A stretch of DNA of 64,000 bases from an uncultured Poribacteria bacterium (GTDB taxonomy: Bacteria > Poribacteria > WGA-4E > WGA-3G). Shown here piece after piece: positions 37,396 through 47,842 of this stretch. Below the pieces are notes generated by a model. It was not told the DNA's origin. It ran no database searches and was given only the letters and a program-made list of their open reading frames with translations. The translations under genes and the position numbers were made by a program. Where the stretch lies: contig OX638351.1 in the NCBI GenBank assembly GCA_951813565.1, forward strand, positions 4,128,001 to 4,192,000, read 5' to 3'. Numbering within the stretch: the stretch's first letter is position 1; every line of letters begins with the position of its first letter.

Positions 37396-38226
37396 TTAAC
37401 GGTTAAGCCCCAGAAACTCATAGGGATCAATACCATCTTCATAAGATCTTATCTCAATCCAATCAGGAATCGGTTCGTATCCCATTCGTTGCTCTATAGA
37501 TAACAATCCGACTGCTCCGGTCGCACTTGATATATAACGCCTTACTTGACCATTTGCATCTGTCGTCTCGTCCCACTCTACATAGATAACATTGGGCACA
37601 GTGGGGTAAAACAGACCGTTCCCATCGAGATTTGTTATTCCAGAAACATCAACACCTTCGTTAAAAAGCTTGATTCCGACACGCCCCAACAGCTCACTTA
37701 TTCTCAGATGATCATTAAAAGTGATACCTCTTAATTTAAGACCATCACTCATAACATCTTCCAGTTTCGCAATGAATTCTTCGGTCCAGAGCCATGAGGG
37801 TGTCATAGGATAACCCTCTGGCACTTCGGGATACGGTCCGAAGCCAAAAGGCGAGACAGGCACATCTTCTGCCGGTGCATCTTCAGGTAAAGACGCATCC
37901 GCAGTGTCAAGCATTTCGGAGGCATTATCTACCGGTGACACAACCGTGTCGTCAGGCATTTGTGTGTCCCCGGTTTCAAGTAACTTTTTAGCCTGTTCAG
38001 AATCCACCAGGATTGTATCAACGGTGTCCTGGGCATCGCGTGTTTCATCATCATTCTTCCATGAATGCAGCATCGCATCGGTTTTTGCCAACTCCGCATC
38101 AATAGTGCGTTGAACATGCCAACTATAGAACCAGCAAGCACCCGCAACCACAAATAAGATAACAAGCCCAGCAAGAATTAATCTACTGGAAAGTAATGCA
38201 CGTAACATACTATTTACCTCCTTCAT
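37396..38226 (-). CDS. Membrane-anchored hypothetical protein, paralog of 29056-29826
   Basis: N-terminal TM; SPFGFGPYPEVPEGYP, ELLGRVGIKLF, GIDPYEFLGL. Confidence 0.8.
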   Translation of the reverse strand: MKEVNSMLRALLSSRLILAGLVILFVVAGACWFYSWHVQRTIDAELAKTDAMLHSWKNDDETRDAQDTVDTILVDSEQAKKLLETGDTQMPDDTVVSPVDNASEMLDTADASLPEDAPAEDVPVSPFGFGPYPEVPEGYPMTPSWLWTEEFIAKLEDVMSDGLKLRGITFNDHLRISELLGRVGIKLFNEGVDVSGITNLDGNGLFYPTVPNVIYVEWDETTDANGQVRRYISSATGAVGLLSIEQRMGYEPIPDWIEIRSYEDGIDPYEFLGLNR

Positions 38227-38313
38227 TCTGAAATAACGATCCCATGGAGAAAATCATTAATACGATATAATTATACAAAAAAAACACTTTTTGTCAAGAA
38301 TTTGTCAAGAAAA

Positions 38314-38917
38314 GGGTGTGTAAAGTTTTTGTAGAAATCCGCACAACTCCTATTGTAGGGGCGGGTCTCCGGGGAATGCCAAAAGGCATTCGGACCGTTG
38401 ATTTGGTGCCTGCCCGTTGCATGGCACGTCCTGCGCAGTGGCGGGGCACCAAATCAACGGTATGAATGCCTTTTGGCATTCCCCGGGACCCCGCCCATAG
38501 GCATCAATTTAAGCACACAATTACCAGATTGCCTCTTGTGGGAGGGCTTTATAAGCCCGATTTATATGTATTTATCGGGGTTGAAAACCCGCAGCATGCC
38601 ACACGCGCATGCTGCGTTGATTTGGACAAATGCCAAAAGCAGAATCAACGCCGAGCGCGCGTATGGCACTCGTCGCATTTGGCGTTGATTTGGCAGCATG
38701 CCATACGCGCATGCTGCGTTGATTCGCTCCCACAAGAGGGTATATCCTTAAATTGACGGCTATGGAGCACCAAATCAAGAAATCAACGGTATGAATAACA
38801 TTTAGTTATTCACCGGGTATGAATGCCTTATGGCATTCCCCGGGACCCCGCTCTACAGTGGAAAACGCCGCGTAATCATTGCAAATTGAACCTATGTAAC
38901 CAAATATTTACACACCC
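38314..38917. mobile_element. Composite MITE with IS256-like ends, copy 2
   Basis: Collinear with 33823-34359 but with different hairpin-unit content. Confidence 0.8.
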
Positions 38918-39123
38918 AATTGAAAAGAATCCGCATGATGTTCAAGCAAAAGTATCTGAACACCTATAATCGGGCAATTCGCGTAATTTATAGTAAAATT
39001 CACAATTACCTTTACATTGGCGAGGTTAGGAAACCTCGCCAGCGCATGCGTGTGGGAATTGCTGTTCATTGAAATGTGAACATATTATTGGATTTTACTA
39101 TAATATGGAGACCTGATCGCAGG

Positions 39124-40179
39124 TTAAAATTGACCAGAAACAGAAATACGTTGCGAGCCGCCGAGTGTATGTGTGTTGAAAGCGTAATCAACAAAAAAGG
39201 TCATGGTGCTGACTCGCAATTGGAGTCCGGTGCCAGCAGAAAATCCATGCCCATTCCAGCCACAACGTAAGGCAAGCGTGTTAAAGAGCCAGTATTCCGC
39301 GCCTGTGCGAAAGAGAAGTCCGCCGGAGTCTGTGCCTTCTTCTAAATCCGCTTGATCGGTTTCAAAGTCAGCACCGATGCTACCTTTGCCGAAGCTTGGA
39401 AAGGTGAATTGGTAAGCACCCCCAAATCGTAGTCGCCGCCCGCGAGTGAAAACGGGTTTATCCGCTGTGTCCCACCGAATTTGCGTGCCAGTGGCATCAA
39501 GTAACATAGTGCCGAACCGTAAACCTTTGTAAGGAGCGAGAATAAGACCGATGTCAATGCCGAAACCTCTTCCACTATTTTCAAAAATAGATTGACTCAG
39601 GAGTTTGAGGTTACCACCGACAGCCGCGATCGAATGGATTTGACGCGCATAAGAGATGAGCAAAGCGTTGTCGGTATTGCTAAAATATTCCGCAACTGTG
39701 GGGCGGTCGATATAGGGTTCACCTTCATCTTTAGTGCCGTTCCCGTTTATGTCCTGAAAATCGCCGAGGAAACCGTTATTATCAACATCAATGAAGGTAG
39801 TGCGTGGTATGTCGTCAATTCCGAGACGAATCCAACTCAAACCGAGGCTACCAATATCCTCAATTTGATGGACATAGTTGACAAAATTGTAATTTACCAA
39901 ACCTTTACTAAAAAAACTGCCATCGCCAGTACTGAATGTATCTGAATACATTGCTGAAAAACTATGTTTTTTGACATTCGTCAGACCGGCAGGATTCCAA
40001 TAAGTTGCGGTAGCATCGTCAGCGATTGCAACGAATGCACTTCCCATTCCGAGTGCGCGTGCCCCGACGCCATGGCTAAGAAACTCTGCCGCGTGTGATC
40101 CTTCATCAGCAGCAAAAGCGGTTAAAGGTAAGATGAAACCTATTGCGAGTACAAAGAGAGAGATTTTTGTTGTATTCAT
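39124..40179 (-). CDS. PorV/PorQ-like outer-membrane beta-barrel
   Basis: FL..GVGARALGMGSAFVAIADDATATYWNPAGL; GAEYW..LALR; terminal Phe; likely start 40179. Confidence 0.82.
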   Translation of the reverse strand: MNTTKISLFVLAIGFILPLTAFAADEGSHAAEFLSHGVGARALGMGSAFVAIADDATATYWNPAGLTNVKKHSFSAMYSDTFSTGDGSFFSKGLVNYNFVNYVHQIEDIGSLGLSWIRLGIDDIPRTTFIDVDNNGFLGDFQDINGNGTKDEGEPYIDRPTVAEYFSNTDNALLISYARQIHSIAAVGGNLKLLSQSIFENSGRGFGIDIGLILAPYKGLRFGTMLLDATGTQIRWDTADKPVFTRGRRLRFGGAYQFTFPSFGKGSIGADFETDQADLEEGTDSGGLLFRTGAEYWLFNTLALRCGWNGHGFSAGTGLQLRVSTMTFFVDYAFNTHTLGGSQRISVSGQF

Positions 40180-40186
40180 GATGTTT

Positions 40187-42160
40187 TTAGCCTGGTGCGA
40201 AGTCGTAGATCGGTTCACGGATAATGACGCTTAAAACGCTCCAGAACGCACCTACGCAGTATTCACCGAGGATAACTCCAAAGAAGAAGAAAATCATTTT
40301 TTGATATGTGCTGGGACCCCCAAATCGGAGTGCCATCCACTTAAGAAATGTACTAATAACGAGACAACTCCAAAAATAACCAACACCGAACGTCATGGAG
40401 ATGGGATAGCCTGCAGGATGGAGCGGCCACCAAATAAACCGCATCCGCATAAACATCAGTAAGAAAGTGAAGCCCATGCCACCTGCCATAAAACTCATGG
40501 CGGGGACGTTCGGATCGCGCGGGAAAGCAAAAAGACCAGCAAGCCATCCGAATTGGCCGATATGTCCAACTGACGGACCAATTCCGCCACCTGCGCCTGT
40601 GATTGCTCCACCGAGGCGATAGAGTTCACTCAGCGTTGCCCAGAATGCTGAGAGTGAGCCAAGCACAACAGCAATAATCATTGCCAACACCAATTTTTTC
40701 GTGTTCATGTTGGCGCGTTCAGCCATCTTGAAGGATTCAAGTTGATGTGGCATGATGTGTTCACGATAGCCGCGCCCACTAAAAAACCAAAAATACGGAA
40801 ACACTGTTAGGTTGTTAGGTCCGATGCGTCGCGTGCCCAAAATATTCACTAAAAATTGCTGCGCGTTGCACATCCCTGCCATCTCATGTGCGGGAGGACC
40901 CAATTCAGCACGAACACGTGTGATAGCGATTGAGATTGCGTAGAAAAATCCGAAGAAGGGAAGAATAATTGGGAGTGTCATCCCTGCCTTTAGACAGAAC
41001 CAGATAATATAGAGACTGGCGAGGATTATCAAGAAAAATGCTGTTCGATATCGTATCGGTTCCTGTGCATCGTCAATACCTCCTTGCATACCTAAGATCG
41101 TTCGGGCAACCTTTGCAATATGTCTACGCGTTACCAGCAGCGCGATGATGAAAATTGCCATCCATCCTCCTATGGACTGCTCACTACCATACGGAAAAGG
41201 TGCAGGAATTCCGACAGCACTCCCGAAAACACGTTGTATTTTCTCGAAAAGATAGAAGAACCATAGGGAAAAAGATAGGTCAAGTGGTAAAAGAAAGCCT
41301 AAACCGATTACAAATGGATATAGCGGAACAGGGATATTCCCAACAGCGTTCCACGGTTTTTCAGTGAAAAATGTCCCCCAATTACGCGCGTTATGTCGCA
41401 CACTGAAATCTGGAAGTATTGGGAAAAAATGAGCCAATCCGTGCCAAACATTCAGTATAGCTGCAGCAATAAAACCGTACCACAATAGTCGATTTCGGAA
41501 AAGTTGTGCTCTGCCACCGCCTTCTGTGATTGCCATCGGCAGTTGAATGATGGGATATGCCAGTTTCTCGTGTTCTGTCCACTGTTTACGAATAAGCACA
41601 TTTAGACAGATCATGATGGCACCGAGTGCAAGGATAAAAGATGTCCACCACAAGGTCGGCATAACCCATGCCCCACCTATCTGTGCGTTGTAGAACGGGG
41701 TATCGCCTTCGTAGAATCCACGAATAATTTCTTTATCGGCAACTACGAGGTGTTGTGGTATATAACTGTGGAATGTGCCAGCCCAATCATTTTCTATGGT
41801 AGCGAACCAAAAGGCATGTGGTAGTGCGGGGATAGTTAAAGCCAACATATCGTGTCCTGCCAAACCAGATGCAATAGAAAGCATAGCGTAGATGGTAATC
41901 ATCTCGCCTTGTGTCAATGCTGATTTTGGTGCTACGCGTTTGAGGAAAAGGTTTATTAGGATTAAGAAAAAGATGTTGAGAACGACATTCCAAAACAGAG
42001 AGATTGTTGTAGGATGTCCAGAGTGCCATACACACTCAACTTCAATGATCCAAAATACATTGGGTGGGATTAGGAAAATCGCAATGAGTATCGCACGCCA
42101 TGTGACACCGGACTCACGATTTTTGTTCAGTTCGCTGAGGTTTTGTACTGATGATTCCAT
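40187..42160 (-). CDS. Large multi-pass membrane protein, putative transporter (DUF6785-like)
   Basis: Many TM helices; TWRAILI, RKQW..EKL.YPI..LP, WWPLHP.GY. Confidence 0.65.
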   Translation of the reverse strand: MESSVQNLSELNKNRESGVTWRAILIAIFLIPPNVFWIIEVECVWHSGHPTTISLFWNVVLNIFFLILINLFLKRVAPKSALTQGEMITIYAMLSIASGLAGHDMLALTIPALPHAFWFATIENDWAGTFHSYIPQHLVVADKEIIRGFYEGDTPFYNAQIGGAWVMPTLWWTSFILALGAIMICLNVLIRKQWTEHEKLAYPIIQLPMAITEGGGRAQLFRNRLLWYGFIAAAILNVWHGLAHFFPILPDFSVRHNARNWGTFFTEKPWNAVGNIPVPLYPFVIGLGFLLPLDLSFSLWFFYLFEKIQRVFGSAVGIPAPFPYGSEQSIGGWMAIFIIALLVTRRHIAKVARTILGMQGGIDDAQEPIRYRTAFFLIILASLYIIWFCLKAGMTLPIILPFFGFFYAISIAITRVRAELGPPAHEMAGMCNAQQFLVNILGTRRIGPNNLTVFPYFWFFSGRGYREHIMPHQLESFKMAERANMNTKKLVLAMIIAVVLGSLSAFWATLSELYRLGGAITGAGGGIGPSVGHIGQFGWLAGLFAFPRDPNVPAMSFMAGGMGFTFLLMFMRMRFIWWPLHPAGYPISMTFGVGYFWSCLVISTFLKWMALRFGGPSTYQKMIFFFFGVILGEYCVGAFWSVLSVIIREPIYDFAPG

Positions 42161-42190
42161 ATTTTTAGATATGACAATAGTTTCTTCAAG

Positions 42191-43657
42191 TTAAAAGTGT
42201 GTTAGCGGTTCGTTCTCTTTTAATTCCCATAGAATATGTCCGAATTCACAAGCACCGGGTGTGGAACCGCTGAAGATTTCTGTTTGGATACCCCAAGCTA
42301 ATTTATAGGCGGAGATAATTTGTGTCAACGAAGTGGAGACATCACCATAGCAGAGAATAGCCGCGGTCCCGCCGCCACCACCGCCAGTAATTTTAGCACC
42401 GTAGATCCCGCCCTGCTCACCAATTTTTTGTGCGATGTTGACAATTCCATCAATTTCGGGAGAACCGAGTCCGGCTAAATCACGATAGCTTGCATTTGAT
42501 TCGTACATGAGGCTCCCCGCTATTTTGAGAAAATCACGTGCGCGGTCCGGAAATTCATGAACATTTTTGAGGGCATTTATAAATTGTTTAACCCGTTCGT
42601 TTTCATAAATCGGATGTTTCACACAATTTCTAACCATGTATACTTTATGAGGGTCTACCTGTGTAACGGAATCAACGGTCTCACCGTATTTATTGAGAAA
42701 ATCGCTGCCTTGCATCTGTTCGGGTAAAAGCGTTTCACAATGCTCACGAAATTCTTGAACAGATAAATTACAGAGATAGTTATCTTTTAACTTTTCCCAT
42801 CCGAGTTCCTTTTTTAAGATTGATAACCCCATAAATGCTGCGGTACGTGTGTTGATGTACGCGTCACTTTTTGTGCTTCGCGGTGCTTTGGTGTGGATAC
42901 CAATAAAACTCACTTCTGACGGACATTCAACGAATTCAAGGATTTTATCCGGTTGGCAGAGGATAGAAAGTATTTTATTCCTCGCGCCAGCTGCGGAAGT
43001 CACTTGGTCCATGATCCCGCATGGCGCCCCAACGATTCGGTTTTCAACAATTTGTGCAATCCTCGCGATTTCCATCGCGTCCAAATTCAAATCGTAGAAT
43101 TGATTGAGTGCAGTTAACGTTGCGACTTCGATCGCGGCAGAGGAAGCGATACCTGCTCCCATCGGAATATCGCTTTTGAGAACAATCACTACACCGTGCG
43201 GAAACTTTTCAATTTTTTCTTCCTTTAACAGTGTAAACAAACAGCCGAGTATATATCCTGTCCACGTTGTTCGCGTATCCTTGTTAAAAAGATTTTTGAC
43301 CTGTGTGTACGATTTAAGAGCGCCATCAGCATAGAGATCATCAAGCGATATCTGAAAACTCGGTTTTAGTCGAGTATCGGTTTGAAGTGTCAGGACACAG
43401 AGATTTCTGTCTTCCCTTGCCTGGCACGCTACGACAGCAGCACGGTTTAGCGTCATTTCAAAGACGTTTGATCCACAATAATCTGCGATGCCACCCATTA
43501 TGTCAAGCCTTGCGGGGGCACGTGCAACTGTTATCCGCCCTTCATTCCGTAAACCGTGCGGACACAAAATATCTGGCGAATCACATTGTAAAAGATATTC
43601 AAGTTCAACAACCTGAAGCGTTTTTTCTTTGGGACCGTGAATCTGCTCAACTTTCAT
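42191..43657 (-). CDS. GHMP sugar kinase (galactokinase/L-arabinokinase-like)
   Basis: APARLDIMGGIADY, PMGAGIASSAA, GAPCGIMDQ, GAKITGGGGGG. Confidence 0.9.
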   Translation of the reverse strand: MKVEQIHGPKEKTLQVVELEYLLQCDSPDILCPHGLRNEGRITVARAPARLDIMGGIADYCGSNVFEMTLNRAAVVACQAREDRNLCVLTLQTDTRLKPSFQISLDDLYADGALKSYTQVKNLFNKDTRTTWTGYILGCLFTLLKEEKIEKFPHGVVIVLKSDIPMGAGIASSAAIEVATLTALNQFYDLNLDAMEIARIAQIVENRIVGAPCGIMDQVTSAAGARNKILSILCQPDKILEFVECPSEVSFIGIHTKAPRSTKSDAYINTRTAAFMGLSILKKELGWEKLKDNYLCNLSVQEFREHCETLLPEQMQGSDFLNKYGETVDSVTQVDPHKVYMVRNCVKHPIYENERVKQFINALKNVHEFPDRARDFLKIAGSLMYESNASYRDLAGLGSPEIDGIVNIAQKIGEQGGIYGAKITGGGGGGTAAILCYGDVSTSLTQIISAYKLAWGIQTEIFSGSTPGACEFGHILWELKENEPLTHF

Positions 43658-43769
43658 TTTGTATCTTTGGTCGCACGGTTTCCGGTGTGAATGTCCTTTT
43701 TAAAGTTTGCTACTATAACGTGAGTTTGGCATAAGCAATTTTGAGAATAGGAGCGGTTAGAAACCGCTC

Positions 43770-43951
43770 CATAACTGTCAATTTAAGGGTTTATTTCAGG
43801 TATCACACATTTTAACCCAAACAACACCGTAACCCGATTGTAGGGGTGGGTCTCTGTGCCCACCCGTTGTTTGAATACATCAGCAATGGCGGGCACAGAG
43901 ACCCCACCCTACAAGGTTTGAAGGGATTTATCCCCTAAATTGACGTCTATG
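43770..43951. mobile_element. IS231-like MITE carrying an inverted GTAG-REP pair
   Basis: CATAACTGTCAATTTAAGG...CCTAAATTGACGTCTATG; flanked by a degenerate 19-bp duplicated REP hairpin. Confidence 0.7.
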
Positions 43952-44056
43952 GTGCGGTTAGAAACCACACCTACCGCGTCTATGAGAGTAGAATTCAAAG
44001 CATTAAGAACTGCATATTTCTTACACCGAACTCAGGTTCTTATAACTAACAAGGCA

Positions 44057-45664
44057 TCAAGGATTAACAACCCTGACACTTTCTCCTACTTTGAGAGAAT
44101 GTTGTCCAGCAACGATGACGGAGTCTCCTTCACTCAGTCCGCCTCGTATTTCTACTTCACCGCCACGAGAAAGCCCTATTTCCACAGGACGACGTTTGCT
44201 CATGCCGGCTTCAACGACGAAAACATTTTGCGTTTTCGTTTCAGCATCTTCAATCAGTGAAACACGGGGAACCAAAATGGTACCTGTACGGATTTCGATA
44301 GGCACAGTGACTTTTGCGAACATTCCGGGTTTAAGAATACTTTCAACGTTATCAATATGAAATTCAACTTTTGCGGTGCGTTGCATCGGTTGTAAAGTCG
44401 GGCTAATGTAAGTAATCTTACCTATTATCGGCATGTTGATTCCCTCAACAATGATTGATGCTTGTTGATTAAGTGTCAATTGCGCCAGCTGGACTTCAAT
44501 CACATCTGCAGTAGCTTTGACTGTGTCAATATCTACAATTTCAAACAAGGGTGCTGTTGGAACTGCCATACCACCCTCATCTAAATAACGTTGTGAGACA
44601 ATACCAGCAATAGGTGCTTCAATTGTGGCATCTCTAAGTCGTTTTTTGGCAAGTTTAAGGGCAATGCTGGCTTGTGTACGAGCAGTCTTTGCAGTCGTAA
44701 TCTCTGCTTCCCAACTTTTTGCTTTTTCTAGTGCCTTTGCAGATATAAGACCTGCACGTGCTGTTTCAACTTGAGATTGTGCGAGTGCGATATCTTTTTC
44801 CCAAGTTTTTGTGGTGGCTTGTGCTTGTGCAAGTCTTAAACCAGCTTTTGCTTGTTCCACTTGTGCTTCCATCGCCTGAATGTCTTCTTCCCGCGCGCCG
44901 TTATCTATAAGTTGAAGTTGTTCTGTGGCGATTTTATGTTGTGCTTTTACAATATCTAACTGTGTTTGGCTGTTTTCAAGAGATTGCTGGCTAATAGCTC
45001 CGTTTTTGAAAAGTTGTTCCATACGGGCATAGTTATTTTGAGCGTTAAGTAGGTTCGCCTTCGCCTGATTCAAACCTGCTTCAGCTTGCCGTCGGTCTTC
45101 ATCGCGTGCCCCTGTTTTTATTTTTTCCAGATTTGCCACGAGAGATTTTAACCCTGCTTCAGCTTGGTCTATTTGCGTGGTTGTGCGAATTTTAGCAAGT
45201 TCTTGGACCTGTTGTAATGATACTTCAGCAGCATTGAATTGTGCCTTTACCTGCGCTACCTGTGAATGTACGCGGACTTCGGCGAGTTGCTGTGCCTGAG
45301 AGTACCCAGTTTCAGCGGATTCGAGGGTTGCTTCTGCTTGTTGGACTGCAAGTTTTAACTCCTCATGCTCAATGACCGCGAGTGTTTCGCCATTTTTCAC
45401 ACGGTCACCTTCAGTTACAAAAATTTGAATAATGCGCCCAGAGGTTTTGGGAATTACGCTCACACGGGATGCCGCTTCAATTGTCCCTGACAACTGAAGT
45501 TCTGAGCGGATCTCCCCACGTTTGGCTTTCGCGATTTCTACAGGTTTAGAAACATCGGTTTGTGCTGTTTCTTCGGTTATCGGTTGTTCAGGTTTTAAAA
45601 ATCGAAACATCGCGATAACCGCTATTACGGCAATTATGATAATGGCAATCCATAATTTTTTCAA
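44057..45664 (-). CDS. Efflux periplasmic adaptor (membrane fusion protein) with long coiled coil
   Basis: SGRI..IFV.EGDRVK.G, IEAPIAGIV, LKPGMFA, GLSEGD.VIV.G. Confidence 0.92.
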   Translation of the reverse strand: MKKLWIAIIIIAVIAVIAMFRFLKPEQPITEETAQTDVSKPVEIAKAKRGEIRSELQLSGTIEAASRVSVIPKTSGRIIQIFVTEGDRVKNGETLAVIEHEELKLAVQQAEATLESAETGYSQAQQLAEVRVHSQVAQVKAQFNAAEVSLQQVQELAKIRTTTQIDQAEAGLKSLVANLEKIKTGARDEDRRQAEAGLNQAKANLLNAQNNYARMEQLFKNGAISQQSLENSQTQLDIVKAQHKIATEQLQLIDNGAREEDIQAMEAQVEQAKAGLRLAQAQATTKTWEKDIALAQSQVETARAGLISAKALEKAKSWEAEITTAKTARTQASIALKLAKKRLRDATIEAPIAGIVSQRYLDEGGMAVPTAPLFEIVDIDTVKATADVIEVQLAQLTLNQQASIIVEGINMPIIGKITYISPTLQPMQRTAKVEFHIDNVESILKPGMFAKVTVPIEIRTGTILVPRVSLIEDAETKTQNVFVVEAGMSKRRPVEIGLSRGGEVEIRGGLSEGDSVIVAGQHSLKVGESVRVVNP

Positions 45665-45742
45665 TTGTGTAATTCTCCTTCCAATGGCAGATAAAATATC
45701 CGCCTTTATATTCCGATCAATATATTTTGGGGTAAAAGTTTT

Positions 45743-47131
45743 CTATTGTATTTTTTGTCCTATTGCTTTTTCCAGTCGTGCTAAACCCACAACATAGTCA
45801 TATTGAGCTTGCAGACGATTGACTTTTGCCTGCATCAATGCAAGTTGCGTGTCAGTAAGTCCGACAGTGGTAATAATGCCATTCTCGAATTGGATAGTTG
45901 CAATTCGAACACTTTCTTCTGCCTGTGCAATGGTTTCGCGCTGAACGTCAATGAGAGTTTTTGCTTCAAGTAGGGCAAGATAGGCATTACGCACCTCAAA
46001 CTCAACAGTTGACATAACTTGTTTTGTACCCAATTGGAGCTGCTTCAGAACCGATTCGCTCTGTTCTACCCCCGCACGAGAAGCAAACCCATCGAAAATG
46101 GGGATATTGATTTGCAATCCAAGGCTCCAGATTCGGTTCATTTCAGTGAGTCTTTCGTTATGAGAAATTTGGTAATTGGAGAAAAAAGCAAGGTCAGGGA
46201 GGTTCCGAGTCTTCGCGACACTCAGTTGTTTTTGCCCTGCTTGTTCGTTGAGTTGAGATCGACTAATTTCTGGACGTGTCTCAAGAGCCAATTTAATTAA
46301 TTCGTCCAGTTGAACTTCGATTTTAGGTATTTCAAAAGAACCCTCAACTGAAACCTCCTCAGAAAACGGAAGATTAAGTAAGGTTTTGTAGGCGTTTTGT
46401 GCTGTTTTGACTCCGTTTTTGGCACGAATTAATTGTGATTCTGCATTTGCAAGTTGCACGTTCGCACGAAGCACATCGAAATTAGTGGTTGCTCCTGCAT
46501 CAAAGGATGTTTGTGCGATACCGAGTTGTTTTTTTACTAACGCAACACTTTGTTCTGCAACTACCACGAATTCTTGTGCTATTAACACACGATAAAATGC
46601 CTCAATAACATCTAAACGGAGTTTTTCATAAGCAGCGTTTAACTCTTTTTTCGCTGCTTCGTATTGAATTTTCGCTGCTTGATAACCGTAGTAGTAACGT
46701 CCCCAAGCAAAGACAGGTTGTGTCAAATTGACTGCGCCTTGGACATTATGATGTGCCCCAAACTCCAACTCAATTAGATCAACCTCATTATCTACACTTG
46801 GTGTTGACATTTCATTCATATCTTCCCCAGGTATAGGGAATCCGAAACCACCTTCCGCCTGAATTACTGATTTTTGTACATCTTTAAAATAGGTATAGTT
46901 TCCATTTGCTGCGAGTCTTGGTAGCATTGTAGCGCGAGCAGTACTAATTTGTGCTTCAGCAGATTTTAGATTTTGTTCAGCAGTCTGAATAACAAGATTG
47001 TTCTGTTTAGCAACTTGTAAACTATCTTCAAGGTTAAAAACTTTAGCTTCTTCAGCGGATGCTGACAAAGTTAGCAATAGTAGTAAAATGGTTCCAACCC
47101 AACTTGGGTAATGGAACCGTAATGTATTCAT
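45743..47131 (-). CDS. TolC-family outer-membrane efflux protein
   Basis: Likely start 47131; two OEP repeats, LTQPVF, IPIFDG. Confidence 0.9.
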   Translation of the reverse strand: MNTLRFHYPSWVGTILLLLLTLSASAEEAKVFNLEDSLQVAKQNNLVIQTAEQNLKSAEAQISTARATMLPRLAANGNYTYFKDVQKSVIQAEGGFGFPIPGEDMNEMSTPSVDNEVDLIELEFGAHHNVQGAVNLTQPVFAWGRYYYGYQAAKIQYEAAKKELNAAYEKLRLDVIEAFYRVLIAQEFVVVAEQSVALVKKQLGIAQTSFDAGATTNFDVLRANVQLANAESQLIRAKNGVKTAQNAYKTLLNLPFSEEVSVEGSFEIPKIEVQLDELIKLALETRPEISRSQLNEQAGQKQLSVAKTRNLPDLAFFSNYQISHNERLTEMNRIWSLGLQINIPIFDGFASRAGVEQSESVLKQLQLGTKQVMSTVEFEVRNAYLALLEAKTLIDVQRETIAQAEESVRIATIQFENGIITTVGLTDTQLALMQAKVNRLQAQYDYVVGLARLEKAIGQKIQ

Positions 47132-47200
47132 GTATAATGTTTCCTCCAAATGAGGTAGTACCAAATTCATTTGATTCATTGTCTTCACATGCCGCGCCGC

Positions 47201-47780
47201 ATGAAGATTAAGAAAATATTTCGGTAATTCTAATTTGTCCCAAACCCGGTAGGTGCGATTTCCCAACCGCACTAAATCTTTCTCCAAAATTACCGAATTA
47301 ATAAATTATAGTAAAACCTATAATTAATGGGACACTTCTGTAGTACAACCTTTTAGTTTGCGTCTCATAAGGCACAAACTAAATGAAGTTTAAAAAAATA
47401 AATCGGTAATTTAGCGAGGTTAGGAAACCTCGCCAGCAGGTGGGTACACCTGCCTTGTGCGGACAGAAAATTACCGAATTAAAAAATTAATCTTCATAAA
47501 GTTTGTGCTACAGCTTCTATTGTCCATTATCTTTCCAAGACAAGTGTACTATAAACATACCGCTCCGCTGGAGCGGAAGACGGAAAAAGCACTGGGGAAC
47601 AAGACGAATTACGTTAATTTTGGTATAAATTGAATCTTGTCCCTCATCAAATTAATGTGTTATACCAATTCTATAAATGAATTTCCCTTTTAAATTAGAA
47701 TATAAGAGGCGCAATAAATTGCGCGACTACGAACCAGCTATTTCTTAAAGGGTATGTTATTTTATAGAAATGGTATTAGA
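47201..47780. repeat. Cluster of nested MITE ends and REP hairpins
   Basis: ATGAAGATTA...TAATCTTCAT, TTCGGTAATT...AATTACCGAA (x2), ATACCAATTCTATAAA...TTTATAGAAATGGTAT, GCGAGGTTAGGAAACCTCGC, GCGCAATAAATTGCGCGACTAC. Confidence 0.7.
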
Positions 47781-47842
47781 TGTTATCTCATAATGGATAA
47801 TAGGAACTTCTAAAGCGTGCCTACTGGGTAATGAAATTGCTT

